Assembly: GCF_006345805.1 (NCBI RefSeq)
Contig: NW_021832120.1
Location: forward strand, 124,001-188,000
DNA from: Octopus sinensis
Taxonomy: Eukaryota
DNA: 64,000 nucleotides
Reading direction: 5' to 3'
How positions within the stretch are numbered: the first letter of the stretch is position 1; every line of letters begins with the position of its first letter. Below are positions 1 to 12,452 of this stretch, piece after piece. The position numbers were made by a program, and so were the translations under genes. The notes beneath the pieces were generated by a model. The model searched no databases, had not been told where the DNA came from, and saw only the letters and a program-made list of their open reading frames with translations.

Positions 1-302
1 GACTAAAATGACAAGCAAGAGAAGTTCTACTGTTCTTTTCAGCACAAATACAGTAGACTATCAATTTAACGAAAAAAAATTTAACGAAAATATTCATTTT
101 ACGAAAGTCAAAATATTTTTTTACGTTTTTCCTTAGATAAATTCAAAAATAAAATTTTTTTTTCTTTGTATTAGTGAATATTTGAATATATTTAACAAAT
201 ATTTAAACAACGAAAATTAAAATTTTTGATAAAATTTTAAAATAATTTTTCCTCGCTATTTCTTTGTAGTAAACCATGTGTGCAACGGTGAACAATATGA
301 AG

Positions 303-410
303 GGAGGAGCACCGGGCAAAGTTGAGGACCCTCCTCAGAGAAGCCGGAATCACCTGATTAATTAGTTTTATGTTTTTGACGGTGATCTTGGTTCTAATAA
401 TAATAATAAG
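303..410 (+). mobile_element. 5'-truncated non-LTR retrotransposon 3' stub (Ingi/Vingi-like C-terminus) with (TAA)5 tail
   Basis: 16-bp direct repeat ggtgaacaatatgaag at 287-302 and 411-426. The interior encodes EEHRAKLRTLLREAGIT* and ends in taataataataataa directly before the second repeat. Confidence 0.7.
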
Positions 411-429
411 GGTGAACAATATGAAGAAA

Positions 430-560
430 AAAAGAAAAACTTATCAGTTTTCTTCTCTTATACCAACGTAAATATCAGACAAGTCTTATGAAATGGAAAC
501 TCCAATTCAAAGAGTGATATCGTAGATTGTGCCATTTGCCTCATGTCCACAAGTAATCTC
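430..560 (-). pseudogene. possible Penelope-like RT fragment
   Basis: Minus strand reads NGTIYDITL*IGVSIS*DLSDIYVGIREE, loosely matching Penelope RT (NG.+Y.Q..G+.+G..+S..L+DIY+..+E). Contains stops. Confidence 0.25.
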
Positions 561-905
561 CAATGCATTATTCCATCATTCACTCATAAGTACAACCTAG
601 ATAGTCTTCCACTTGTTTTATTTCACTCCTAACTTTTTACTCCATTTAATATTAAGAGAGTTTTTTTCAATTGAGACTTTATTAATAAAGAGAGCCTAAC
701 TAATTGCTAACTAAGTCCTGAGCCTTCGAAATGAGCAGGGAGTGTCACTCCACGCACCTCCTTCCTCCTCTTTTCTGGTTTTGTAGACCTACAAGAAGGC
801 GCAGTCCGGCACCTCTCCCTGTTTAAATGTCAGGAAAGGATTGAATCTGTGAGCATCAAACAAGATTCACTCTAGAGTCCTCTTAAGAACATTTGACTGT
901 ATATA

Positions 906-1003
906 CAGTGGGGAAAATAATTCATGCAGTATAAATAACTCAAGTTAGTATAGTTTTTTGAACAAAATTTATTTAAAATATGCATTACTTTTTTGCCCCA
1001 CTG
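906..1003. mobile_element. 98-bp Tc1/mariner-type MITE
   Basis: TA|CAGTGGGGAAAATAAT...TTACTTTTTTGCCCCACTG|TA: imperfect TIRs with a TA TSD. Confidence 0.75.
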
Positions 1004-1774
1004 TAACCCCGTAAAGACTTATCTACGCTCAACTGTCTTAAGTATTCTTTGTATTTCTTATAAATTTATCTTATATACTTGTGGTAAAATGAATATTTTT
1101 TATACTTAGAAAGAAATCATCATACTTAAATTTTAAAAAGGCAGCTTTTGTAGCTCTCGGAATGACCTGCATTTCTTCATAACATTAGTTTATTTGTCTT
1201 ATGCATACTAATTTAGAAAACATTTGAGAATTTTTGATTCGGCTCATATTAAAAAATCAGAATATAAAATGATAATTTATTATAGAATCCATAAGATTTT
1301 TGACATAGCAGATAGAGCTCATTCCCCGAAAAAATTAAAAATAAGAACAAAAATATTTGTTTGAAATTTTGTTGGGAAATTAAATTATGATTTACCTGAA
1401 TATTCAAACAAGGTCCAAAAATGTAGGAAATCTCGTCCAAAATTAATTTAGGTGTAAATCGTGTTATTCTTTTGTAACTGTTGATGAATTCAGTATATTT
1501 ATAGGTTGCCAGTTTTGAAACCCAACACACATTAAAAATTAAAAAACTGGCCGCTTTTAGTGAATAAAATCCTATCGACTGCACATTTCCATATCAAAAT
1601 GGAAGCTGCAGTGGCGGATCATTTATAAACATAAAATATTTTGTTGTTTTTGCACTCACAATCCTCGGTTGATTCCGCGAAGTTTCAGGAATTCGACCAG
1701 TCAATTTTTAATTGGACCCCACTTTATTTACTTTATTTTCTAACCCAACGGCAATACTTTTTCATAGTCTACGG

Positions 1775-2673
1775 CAGGCATTCTCAACCTTTTTTTGTTC
1801 ATCGCCCACTTAGATATTTTATCGCCCCCCTTTGAAATTTTATCGCCCCCTTGTCCACATACAATTTAAAAATTTTTGGGCATTGTCCCTTAATTGGTTG
1901 TTTTTTGTATATAACTCAAAAATCAAAATATAAAATAATAAATCAAATGTAAAAATTGAATTTTTATTACAAATTATTAGTGAGACCCTTGATATTGATG
2001 TTTACTAGCTAAATATTCCATGTCGGGTTTAATTCTGCTCAACTTTAGGCGTATATCGCCTCTATAACACACTTCCAGTCTATTTCTTTCACATTGTGTA
2101 TTATGATTGACAAAACTAAATCCACTTTCAACTAAATAAGTGGTAGGGAATGTCAAACCCATATTTTAAATATTCGTTTTGATAATGACGACTTTTCTTA
2201 TTTGAGCGAGATAACATCTTAGATACCAAACAAGAATGTAAAAACTGCGTGCTATTTTAAATATAAAATTTAAGGATAAACACTATAGAAAAAATATTAA
2301 TAAATCTGAAAAATTATTAAAATTAACATGTATAAATACTTGAATTATATTAAAATTCGAATATTTTATTAAATATATTATCTGGCTGTTGAGACGTCAG
2401 GAATACAGGGGCCTTCTACTCGGACCCTACTCCAGCGTATTGCCTCATTAATCGAAAGGGTTACCGGCGACCCGTGTGAGCACCGGTATTTAATCGAAAG
2501 AATATCTATAGCCATAGTCAGAGGCAATACTCTGGCTATCTGCCAATGACTATTTCTCTTTTGATTTGAAATAAATTTTCAATATATTATCGCCCCCTTG
2601 TAAAAAATTATCGCCCCCCTGTACAAAATTTTCGCCCCTAGGGGGGCGATTCGCCCCCGGTTGAGAACACCTG
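1775..2673 (-). mobile_element. internally deleted hAT (Buster/Charlie-like) transposon
   Basis: TIRs CAGGCATTCTCAACC / GGTTGAGAACACCTG; 8-bp TSD gtctacgg (1767-1774, 2674-2681); subterminal atcgccccc repeats at both ends. ORF 1977-2162 is a Buster-type transposase C-terminus (FPTTYLVESGFS...RNRL...DIRLKLS...QGSH). Confidence 0.92.
2381..2550 (+). mobile_element. 3' stub of CRE-like RLE non-LTR retrotransposon nested in the hAT element
   Basis: Encodes LAVETSGIQGPSTRTLLQRIASLIERVTGDPCEHRYLIERISIAIVRGNTLAICQ*, the typical RLE C-terminus. Confidence 0.8.
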
Positions 2674-2871
2674 GTCTACGGAATATTAAAAATTAGTGGA
2701 TATATGAAAATGTTACATCATGCAGTTTTAACTGTCTATGAAGTTGAAAACAATAAAATATGGGCTACTCAAGAACAAGTATTTATTACGCTTCAAAGTC
2801 TAATAACTTGGTATGAATATCTTGGAATATAAAGAAAAGAGGAAAACAAAGCTGGGATAGGAATTCAAATA

Positions 2872-4075
2872 CAGTGCCTGACAAAAAAATTGGATTTGTA
2901 ATAAATCGACTTTTTTAAAATAAATTATAATTTAATTTTCTGGGCTCTCTGATAAGGTCGTTAAGAGCGGCGTGACGCGGGATGCGGCCAGCACTGCGTC
3001 TACACGATAGAGCGTGCAGTCCAAAGCGACAGATTTTCGCGCCACAGCGGCAGACATGTGGCTCGCATAGGCGAAGACCGAGACGTAAACAAATTCCAGT
3101 GCGTACGGACTCGCTGTCCAGAAGGTTCCCAATACTCGGCAGTGGAGTCGCATTCGCCGCTCTTAACGACCTTATCAGGAAAGCCCTAAAAGTCGCCGGA
3201 ATCCCCTCCTTGCTTGAACCCACTGGGATCGATCGGGGGGACGGAAAAAGGCCTGACGGGATCACTGTGTTTCCTTTCAACAGGGGGAAGCCCCTCACCT
3301 GGGATGCCACGTGTGTGGACTCTTTCTCGCCTCAGAACCTGCTGATGTCCGCCTCCGCCCCTGGATCTATTGTCACAACCGCGGAATGCAAAAAGATGCG
3401 GAAGTACTCCTCACTTACGGAGAAGTTCCAATTCCTTCCATTCGCGGTTGAGACTTCCGGTTCCTTGGGCAGTAAGACAATCAGCTTCGTTCAGGAGATC
3501 GGGTCCCGCATGTCTGCCATCACAGGCGACGCCCGCGAATCGAGATGGTTTTTCGAGCGGATATCCCTTGCGATAGTACGCTCTAATTCTTTCTCGATCG
3601 CGTCGGCTTCCCGCCCATGAAGCTTTTAATTAATTAACTTGTAGTTATTATCAAATAAAAAAAATTAATTTTCTTACATCATTCTTGGTAAAATTAGAAT
3701 TATTTTTTTTGATTTTTAAAATTATTTTTAGAATTTAATTTTAAAGCAGAATTTAAAATTTGTTGGACAAAAAAATTGGATTTTTGTTGTTTTTGATCTG
3801 ATCTCGTATAAATGAAGCGTAATTCAAAATCCATTTATCTGATTTTACAAAAGGAGTAATAATTGGATATTACTCTTCAGGAAAAACAATTGAAGAGATA
3901 TCTAAAATACTGAAAATTCCCAGATCGACCGTGTGATTTGTGACAAGAAAATTTTCCAAAGAAGGCACCACTACGCGAAAAATTGGATCTGGACGTTTAC
4001 CGAAACTCTCTTCAGATCAAAAAAACACAATACAATTAATCTCGAAGGATGAACCCTCAATTTCTGCTGTATACT
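2872..4075 (+). mobile_element. Tc1-like transposon remnant (left IR/DR end plus N-terminal HTH), interrupted by a retroelement
   Basis: TA|CAGTGCCTGAC start; 18-bp direct repeat gacaaaaaaattggattt at 2880-2897 and 3766-3783. From 3812, a frameshifted transposase N-terminus: ...GVIIGYYSSGKTIEEISKILKIPRSTV*...RKIGSGRLPKLS. Confidence 0.75.
2942..3664 (+). mobile_element. 5'-truncated, 5'-inverted CRE-like RLE retrotransposon (zinc knuckle plus restriction-like endonuclease)
   Basis: 3155-3620 (+) encodes AALNDLIRKAL...KRPDG...WDATC...FAVET...ERISLAIVRSN. 2942-3154 (-) encodes the upstream part LRLGLRLCEPHVCRCG...HALSC...RHAALNDLIR. A-tail at 3654-3664; candidate TSD ttaattttct (2932-2941, 3665-3674). 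Confidence 0.88.
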
Positions 4076-4797
4076 ACTTAGTTTTTGAGTAACCTACAGT
4101 TTTTTGAGTAGTTTTTGTAGTCTCTAACTTTTTAATTAATCAATACCTAGGTTTTTTTTTAATAGCATGACAAATATTCACGAATTTCATTTCCCGGGAT
4201 ATTTTGTTTTTTAAAATATAAATTAATAAAATAATCACTACAAAAAAGAGTATGATAAATTTGATATATTTTTCTACAACAAAAGGGAATCAAAAAGTCG
4301 TTTATCTACTTTTTTAGACAACATAAAAAATACAAAATTGAAAAGCTTCTTGCCAGTTTATTGTTTGATGATTATGCAAACACGACGAACAAAGAAGTTT
4401 TTGAGGTCAGATAGCCTTCTATGGTTACTTGGTGTGCACTGCGTACTCTTTCCGTTGCTTTCATTTTAATAACTCTGCAGATTTTTGATACACCACAAGA
4501 CTAGGTCATCGAAGTTGCATCGAGTCCACATAACGGGATTGCCACTCTTTTGCGAGGTTTTGTCTTAAAATACTTTTCCATGTTTCTAGCAAACCTTCTT
4601 CATCTTTCTGTATATTAATCGATGAATTAGTTTTCGATTAAAGTTGAATATAATGGAAAAGTAAATTTATCCGTATAAATAAACTTTCTTAACAAAAAAT
4701 TTTATTGGAAAAAAACTAATCAAATTTTGTAATTAAAATGATGTAATGTTTCATTATATAAACAAATGTTTCAATTATTCTCAAATAGACAAATTTA

Positions 4798-7700
4798 ATG
4801 ACAGATTTTTTGTCAGAATTTGACCGTGAATTATTTCAAAAATTGAATTTAATTAAACAGTGCAGTAACAGTGATGAGGATTTTCTAATTCCTTACACAA
4901 TATGTAAAGTTACAAATACATTCAAATATGCCGAATTTATAAAAGATTATTTAAATCACAACGCTTACAAATCTGACCGTCAAATGGCTCGAATTTTTTG
5001 TGATCCAATTGTGATTCCAAATTTGCTAAACTATATGATTAGTATATGTAACGATTCATTAATCAACGAGGAAATTATATCGAAATGCTATAATAAGAAT
5101 CAGTTTATAAAATATACTCCAGAAATTGTCGATTTAATAAAAACACATGAAATTAAAAAAATTAAAACAAACATTGATGAAATAACTAAACAAATTATGG
5201 ATTTTTCTGAGTCCGAACTTGAATTGGATTGCATTTGTAATTCTTCAGATTCTGAAGTGTGTTATTTTTCAGAAGCTAACGACACTGTTAATTATCGATT
5301 TATCAAAGCTTTAGTATGGATTAATATAAAAATATTTTCTAGTTATACGTTCCGAATGTCAATTGTAGTGCAGATATTATTATAACAAAAAGACTACTTT
5401 GGAATGTTGCAACGGTCGTTATTACAACTTTTTTATCAGCAGATATCAAGCTTCTTTTAAATTATGGTTAGTTTGTTGAGTGTAGTATTTCAGCTAGTAG
5501 CTTCCTTAAAAAAATAATTTATCTCACTACAAGATATAATTGTATACAGGTTTATTGTTTCATAATAATTAGGTAAATATATATTCTAAGGAAAATTTTA
5601 ATACTCTGTTTAAATCCTTGTTTATACCAATAGTATTAAAAGACGCCCGTCATTCCATTTATTCATATCAACTAACTGAATTTGATCTAAATATTGTTAT
5701 TGTGGTTATGATTTACTCTTCCTAGATGGACAAGTTTGATTGGGCTCTTGATGCTTCTACAGATAATAAAACTAAAAAGCCTATTGAGACCGATTTATCC
5801 GCAATATTCTCTGATCAAGAAGTCGGAAACTATTATTATTATAAAAAAACTTTTTATGACGATTTCAACGACAAAGATTTCAATAAAATACATCTTTTTA
5901 ATATTGGGAATCATCATACATTGGATATTTATAAATCTAACTTTATTTTACCGGTTCATTACAATAAAAATGCATATGAAACCCATATTGGAATCGGATC
6001 ATGGTATCAATTTTCTAAAACTTCATATCCCGGGAATATTGCACCAATCGAAACTCAAATCCAAAATATAAATAAAAAATTATTTTCAAATCGTATCATA
6101 CAGGCATTTGGAATGCACAATTACATCGGAACCGAAGAAGGGATTTTTTATTACAAATTTGACTATAAACATTTTTCTAAAGATGTTTTGAAGTTTTGCA
6201 AAAAGAATTTAAAAGATAACTCGAAAATAATAAATGAATTGATGTTGAATAATTTCTTAGGGGTTTCCGTGTTGGTATATAAATTATTTTGGCAATCAAT
6301 AATTTTAGGGCTATGATCAAGATAAACTTGTGGGAATGATTGTCGTCACAAAATTTGAAAGAAATCAACATTTGTGTGGTCGAATAAATCTATTTCTAAT
6401 TAATAAAAAATATAGAGAAACAAAAATAGGTTTTTGATTGATATTTATTATTTTAGCCGAGATATTTATAAATATTATTTCTGAAGTGCTTTCAAATCAA
6501 AATGTAAATTATGTATATTTGTTTTATATATTAAAGTTAACCATGTTGGCAGATAATACTAACGAAATTTTGACTAATTTTCTTAACAAATTTGGATTTA
6601 TTCGCATATTTGTAAACAAATGGAACCAGTTTATTACCTGCCTATATATTCTTCATATTGGGAAATCCAATGTGTATAATGTTCGAAATTTTGTTCGAAA
6701 TAAATTTTAGGAAATTAAAAAAATAGAAATAGAAGAGCAATTGAAGTTCGTACAAAATTTGTCTGCATTTGATATAAAAAATTATTTCTCATTTTTCTTA
6801 AAATATCCGATTCAACATATAAATAAACTTATGAATTTTAAAGAACACTACGTATGGCAAATGTCGACCGACAATCGAATAAATATGTTAAAAGAAGAAT
6901 CTGACGTTGTTCAACTTTCAACTAAGGATATAAATCAAGTTATCAATAATTTTTCAAAAAATATTGATAATGTTGAGTTTGTTCTGGCGACAAATTTCAG
7001 CGAAATCCTTGATATAAATGAATCACTAAGGAAAATAGAAAATTTGGAAACTGAAAATTATTTAAAATACTGTTCAAATGGAGTATTCACAATACTCGTA
7101 TTTGTCTTGATTTCTACTTTAGGCGTATTCAAATGAAGCTTTGGTTGCATCATGTAGTTCACTAATAGGAAGCAAAGGTTACTACAATGTTGGAACTACT
7201 TTTGAGATTTTACGCAAAGATGGAACTGATTATAGTATATATATTTATGAATCACAATTTCAGCTATACATGAAACTTTAATAAATATAGTTTTCGAGAT
7301 CATGAAATTTTATAAATGCTATTATGTATGGATGATTAATTTATTCTATTAGGTGATGGCTTTTCTTGAAATAACACTTTCTGAAAAATCAGATTCAAAA
7401 ATACTGAATTGTGCAATTGTTTATTTTGAAGAAAATACAAGTTTTTTGCCCAAAAAATTAACAAATAATTACATTGAAATATATATAAAATACTTTTATG
7501 AAATGTATGATCCAGTCGAAATAAACATTACTGAATCTCTTAAAATGTTCAAATTTGAAGATAAGTTTTCTCCGATTACAACCACAGATAACTTTGAATT
7601 TTATTTTCTTTCACATTTAAATCATAAACAAGTGTCTGAAACATTAAAACTATTCTATGATTCCAGTGATTGTGAAAAGTTGATGAATACTGGAATTTTT

Positions 7701-7799
7701 ACAATAATCGTATTTACTTTTATTAATATAAGGCATTTTCTGAAAATAAAATTATATCCATTTTTATGGCCGCACTGGGGAAAATGGAAGATGTTGTAG
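4798..7799 (+). CDS. uncharacterised multi-exon protein-coding region (AT-rich)
   Basis: Consecutive long + ORFs (195, 196, 131 and 148 aa) joined by plausible 23-25-nt GT-AG introns. A similar NGVFTIL / NTGIFTII motif precedes introns at about 7099 and 7710. No family recognised. Confidence 0.45.
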
Positions 7800-8177
7800 A
7801 CAACAGAGTCTTGTTCTACGCTCTTAATAATAAATACAAAAATTTAATAGGCATGAATTTTATTTTTATTTTCTAGAAAAGACAATTTTTTCTATTTCAA
7901 ATGAAATATTCAAATTTCACAAATGTAAAACTATCAAATTTCAGATTTATGATAAAATTTAATATTTTGTTTGTTAACTAAGATAAAAACGAAAATCTAA
8001 AAAGCACATTTTTGCACATTTGCATTCCAAAAATAAAATAATAAATATTTCAATCAAAAGATAATTAAGATTCCTCCTTTATTTATAAAAAAAACATTAA
8101 AAAATATAATCTTATTTTTAAATATTCAAATAAAAATTAATAAATAAAAGAATTTAAATTCAAGTCGTCGTGAGCAT

Positions 8178-9173
8178 ATGGGCAACTCTCTAACCGGACG
8201 AAATTACATATTTGACGAATACAAACAAAAAAAACTAGTCGGTGCATTAGAACGGGGCAGTATAGACACCGAGGACTTTTCTCTGGCCACAGCAGAAGCC
8301 AACAAAGTCCCCCCTCCCCACACTCTTAGTGCGGCCAAAAATCCTCAATAATAACCAAAAACCCAATAAACATCGACACTGGCCTGGAAATCAGCGACGA
8401 CACAGAACTGTTCCCCACAATGTTCAAATGGGAGGAAGGCGGGAATGAGGTCTACTTCGCCTGCAGTTATGACAACTGGAAGAAACACGAAATGATGAAA
8501 TGGTATACCACAGCATTACTCCAGTTATAATGACTTTTTTTGCATAGTGGATCTGCCCCACGGAGAACACGAGTACAAGTATGTGGTCAATGGGGTCTGG
8601 AGGGTCAATCAGAACGAGGTGGAGTGGTTGTTTATTTGTGTAGAAAACTATTCAAAGTCCTTTAAATACTCTTAATAATGTGATTTCAATATCCAGGGGG
8701 GACTTTGATGTGCATGAAGCACTTAAACAAGACTTTTTGGACAGAAAGAATGACACTACCCACCAGAAAGCAGTGGATTATTGTATTTATTTAATTATTT
8801 AAATATTATTAACTATTATATATAATTAATTATTTAATTAATTAGCTGAATATTATGAGGATGATGAAGGATTCTCTCAGGAGATACCTTTACGGTACAC
8901 ATTCGAGAAGAAAAAACCCCAATCCCTGCCTATCCACCTCATGCCTTGTGTTTTAAACGAAAATCTGCCCATAAATGTAAATTATATTAGCCATGGCAAG
9001 GTAGAACCCAACCTCCTGCCCGAGCCAAGCCATGCTGTGTTACAACACGTGTTTGTTTTGTCCATAAAAGTAGTCCTGGTGGTGTAATCTGCCAGAAAGG
9101 AGTCCTTGTGATGAGTGCCTCTCATCGCTATCGGAAAAAGTTTTTTACTACTCTGTTATATCGGCCTGCCTGA
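8178..9173 (+). CDS. PRKAB: AMP-activated protein kinase beta subunit
   Basis: N-terminal MG; glycogen-binding domain PTMFKWEEGGNEVYFACSYDNW...DLPHGEHEYKYVVNGVW; C-terminal domain LPIHLMPCVLN...EPNLLPEPSH...SHRYRKKFFTTLLYRP*. Introns 8307-8329, 8503-8524, 8619-8643, 8977-9000 and 9070-9095, plus one longer AT-rich intron. Confidence 0.93.
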
Positions 9174-9276
9174 GTTGTTCTAATAATAATACTTTTAACA
9201 TTTATTAATATATTTAAATTCTTTTTTAATTAAATATATTTTTATAATAAAATTATTGTCATTTCGTGTGACTGAT

Positions 9277-10254
9277 ATGGATGATGTTGAACAATCAGAA
9301 AATGAGAATATATGTGGTATTATCCATTTTATTATAAATTAAAGACCGAATTATAGTCAGTGGTGGTTTGGATAACAGAATAAGATTATTTAATAACTTC
9401 CCAAACTCAGTCAGATCACTCAATTTCTGGTCACACGTAAACGACGTGGAATTCAATCCAAAACAGGACATCCTGGCCGTGTCTGGACATGAGGTGGTCT
9501 TCCTCTACCACTACCCCTCCCTCCGAGAACTCTCCGGCACCAAACTGGGCTCTTCCAACGTCATTTCCATCAAATTCCGTCGTGACAACCTCACCATGTA
9601 CACTGCCTCAGACCAATTCCACAAAGCACTCAATTTGTGCGATATTTCCCGCCGTTTAGAACCCATCACGTCATTCGATTCGACCGCCATCCTATCCTGT
9701 CTGGACTACAGCCCCACCCTGGTTGGCCCCCACCTCCCCACTCCCAGGACACGTGCCTAACTGGGGACTTTTTAGGCCGGCTGATTATGTATGACTGGAG
9801 GTCCCCCACCAAGATAATCCTCCACTCTGTGCCTAATAATGTGTGTGCTATTTCTATGGTGGGGAACCAAGTGGTAGTAGGGAATAGTGCGGGCTATATA
9901 TATTCGTTTGATGTGAGGAAGTGTGATGAGTATGTGGGTCTGTTCTCGATGGGGAGGGGGTGTGTGTTGTCCTGTCGGGTGGGGGATCGGTTTGTGTTTG
10001 CCTCCTCGTCTGTGGGGAGGGTGGCTGTGTTGGATTCGAGGACATATGCTTGTTGTTATATGTTTGAGGATGAGTCGGCTAAGTATATAAGGGATTGTGT
10101 GCCTGTGTACGATGAATGTAGATTGGTTACTGCTAGTAATTCCTTTATTAAAATGTGGGATTGTACTACTTGTCGTGTTATTGATACGTGTAGTATCCAC
10201 ACTGAATCAGTCACCTGTCTTGCTTATCTCCCAAATGATCACGTCGATTTTTAA
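9277..10254 (+). CDS. MLST8: WD40 protein, LST8-like (TOR complex subunit)
   Basis: IIVSGGLDNRIRLF...SHVNDVEFNPKQDILAVSG...NVISIKFRRDNLTMYTAS parallels the LST8 N-terminal repeats. Introns 9317-9344 and 9722-9747. Confidence 0.65.
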
Positions 10255-10352
10255 TTTTTATATTTTATTATTTTTTTATTTAATTTAGTTTTATAACGAC
10301 TTTTAAAATTAGACAGAATTGACTTGATTCTTCTGTTTACTTTATTTTTATA

Positions 10353-12147
10353 CAGTTTACCCTCTATTGCTCGCCATTTCTATAACTCGCCACTTTTTTG
10401 GAAAAAATGCCATTTTTACTAAGGAAATTCCATTGCTCGCCAAATTCTTTTACTCGCCACGTTTTAGTATTAAAAAATTAAAATTTATTATTAAAAAAAA
10501 TAATTTTTCAAATATTTATACCGCGTGTTTTTTTTGTAACATGAGGAAGTGCTCAAGATTATGATCAAAAAAAAGAAATTATAAATTATCTTATTGTTAA
10601 TTCTTCTCTAAGTCTAAGGCGTGTTTCAGAAATTTTTTCGTCGCGTTTCAAAAAATCAATTTCGAGACGTGCAATTAACGATCTTAAATTGAACAAACAG
10701 AAGATTCTTGGAATTAATCCAATTTATAGGAGAAGTTCTCGTTTTTCGAAACTTAGATATTCAGCAATTGATTCTGAAATCATTGCCTGGATAGATTACA
10801 TGGAATCTATTGGAGTTTGCCTCAATGATGAGATAATTTTGTCGAAAGCAACTGAAATTGCTGCGTTAAACGGTCTCTTCGAATTTAAAGCCAGTAAAGG
10901 ATGGCTTGAAAAGTTCAAAAAAAGGCACAATGTAAAACTAAGAATTTTTCATGGTGAATTGGGATATACTGCGGATGAGTTCAAAGACCAAATCGAAGAC
11001 TTTAAAAAAATTATCTCTTCTAAAATAAATGAATATGGTTCAGAAAATGTTTATAATGCCGACGAAACCGGCGTATTTTACAAGACCATTCCATCAAAAA
11101 GTGTCTGCAGGAAACGCCGACCAGGACAAAAATTACTTAAAGATAGGTTTAACATTTTTAGCCAATTTGATGAATATTTACAATACCGGAATTCTTCAAA
11201 GGCTTGGATGAACATGGAAATATTTAACGAATGGCTGTATAACTGGAACAAGACTCTCAAACAAAAACAAAAAAAGATACTTTTGGTTGTAGACCATTGT
11301 CCTTCGCATAGAATAACAATCGAATTAAGTATGATAGAAGTTTTATATTTACCAAAAAACACGACTACTGTGCTTCAACCGATGGATCAAGGAATCATTA
11401 GATCATTCAAATCTCATTTCAACAAATTTAAATTTAAACATATAATTGAACAAATAAACTAAGGTGACGCAACTATTGAATGCTATAAAAAATTAACCCT
11501 GAAAGATGCAGTCTTATTTTCTTATCTAGCCTGGAAAGATGTGATACAATATCAAAATGTTTTCAGCACGCCAAATGGGAAAACAGAATTGAAGAACCTA
11601 TTATGGAAGACCATAAAATAAAAAATTTCGAACAAATTATAGAAAAATTAATGATCACAGATCCCATAAAAGAAGAGGAGTTTATAGACTTTACGTACTC
11701 TGAAAATGACGAACTTCATGAATTTGTTCAAAACAATAACTATGAAAATAACGATGAAAATGCAATTTTAGACAGTTCAATTACTGAAGATTGTGAAAGA
11801 AACAACTGTATTACACATCGAGATGCGATAAAATGTATTTCGGACCTCAAAAAATATTTTTCACATGACGATAATTTTGATGTGAATATGCTAGAAAGTT
11901 TATTAAAAATGCAAAAAAATATAGAGAAAAGATCATACAAAAAAACTATAAATGATTACTTTACTTAAAATTTTGGTTTTTTAAATAAATGTTTCGGCTA
12001 TTTATTTAAATGTTTAGATAGTTAAAAATTATAGAAATTTTTTGTTGATAGAAAATAGGATATTGATTATTTCTCTTACTCGCCAAATTCTCTTAGTCGC
12101 CAATTTTGGCTTGGTCCCAAAAATGGCGAGCAATAGAGGGAAGACTG
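10353..12147 (+). mobile_element. pogo/Tigger DNA transposon with frameshifted transposase
   Basis: TIRs CAGTTTACCCTCTATTGCTCGCCATTT / AAATGGCGAGCAATAGAGGGAAGACTG with TA TSD. CENP-B HTH (FKASKGWLEKFKKRH) and DDE_1 motifs (VYNADETG, LVVDHCPSH, LQPMDQGII). Confidence 0.95.
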
Positions 12148-12452
12148 TATTTGTGTAAATGTTTTACAACAAAAAAGATAAACTTCCTCATCCTTAAAAT
12201 GATAATTTCGAAACCTCAAAATTGCCCATTAATCTTAAAAATAATACATAAAACCATTTTTATAGAGATTTATTGTGGTTTAACAAAATATGATAATCAC
12301 ATGCTCACATTATTGCCCAAAATCTAAAATGAAGTTGAAAGTTGTATTCGCGGTCAATTCCGGGGAAAATTGCAATATTTGTGGCCTGAGGGCAATTAGT
12401 TGACGATTAAATAGCAATCTGCGCATTCCATTTATTTGGTAGTATTTTAAAA

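Noticed and set aside
1609-1621. cagtggcggatc, a hAT-like terminus
   Set aside because: No matching partner end or TSD was found.
4370-4600. Possible Penelope GIY-YIG remnant on the minus strand
   Set aside because: Too decayed (many stops) to support as a feature.
5726-7136. Weak resemblance to the RNF213/mysterin C-terminus
   Set aside because: Only impressionistic spacing similarity with no diagnostic motif; needs a profile search.
9772-10200. His/Pro/Thr-rich minus-strand ORFs (also opposite TNPO3, MSMO1 and SLC17)
   Set aside because: By-products of the G/T-rich skew on the coding strand; no domain signal.
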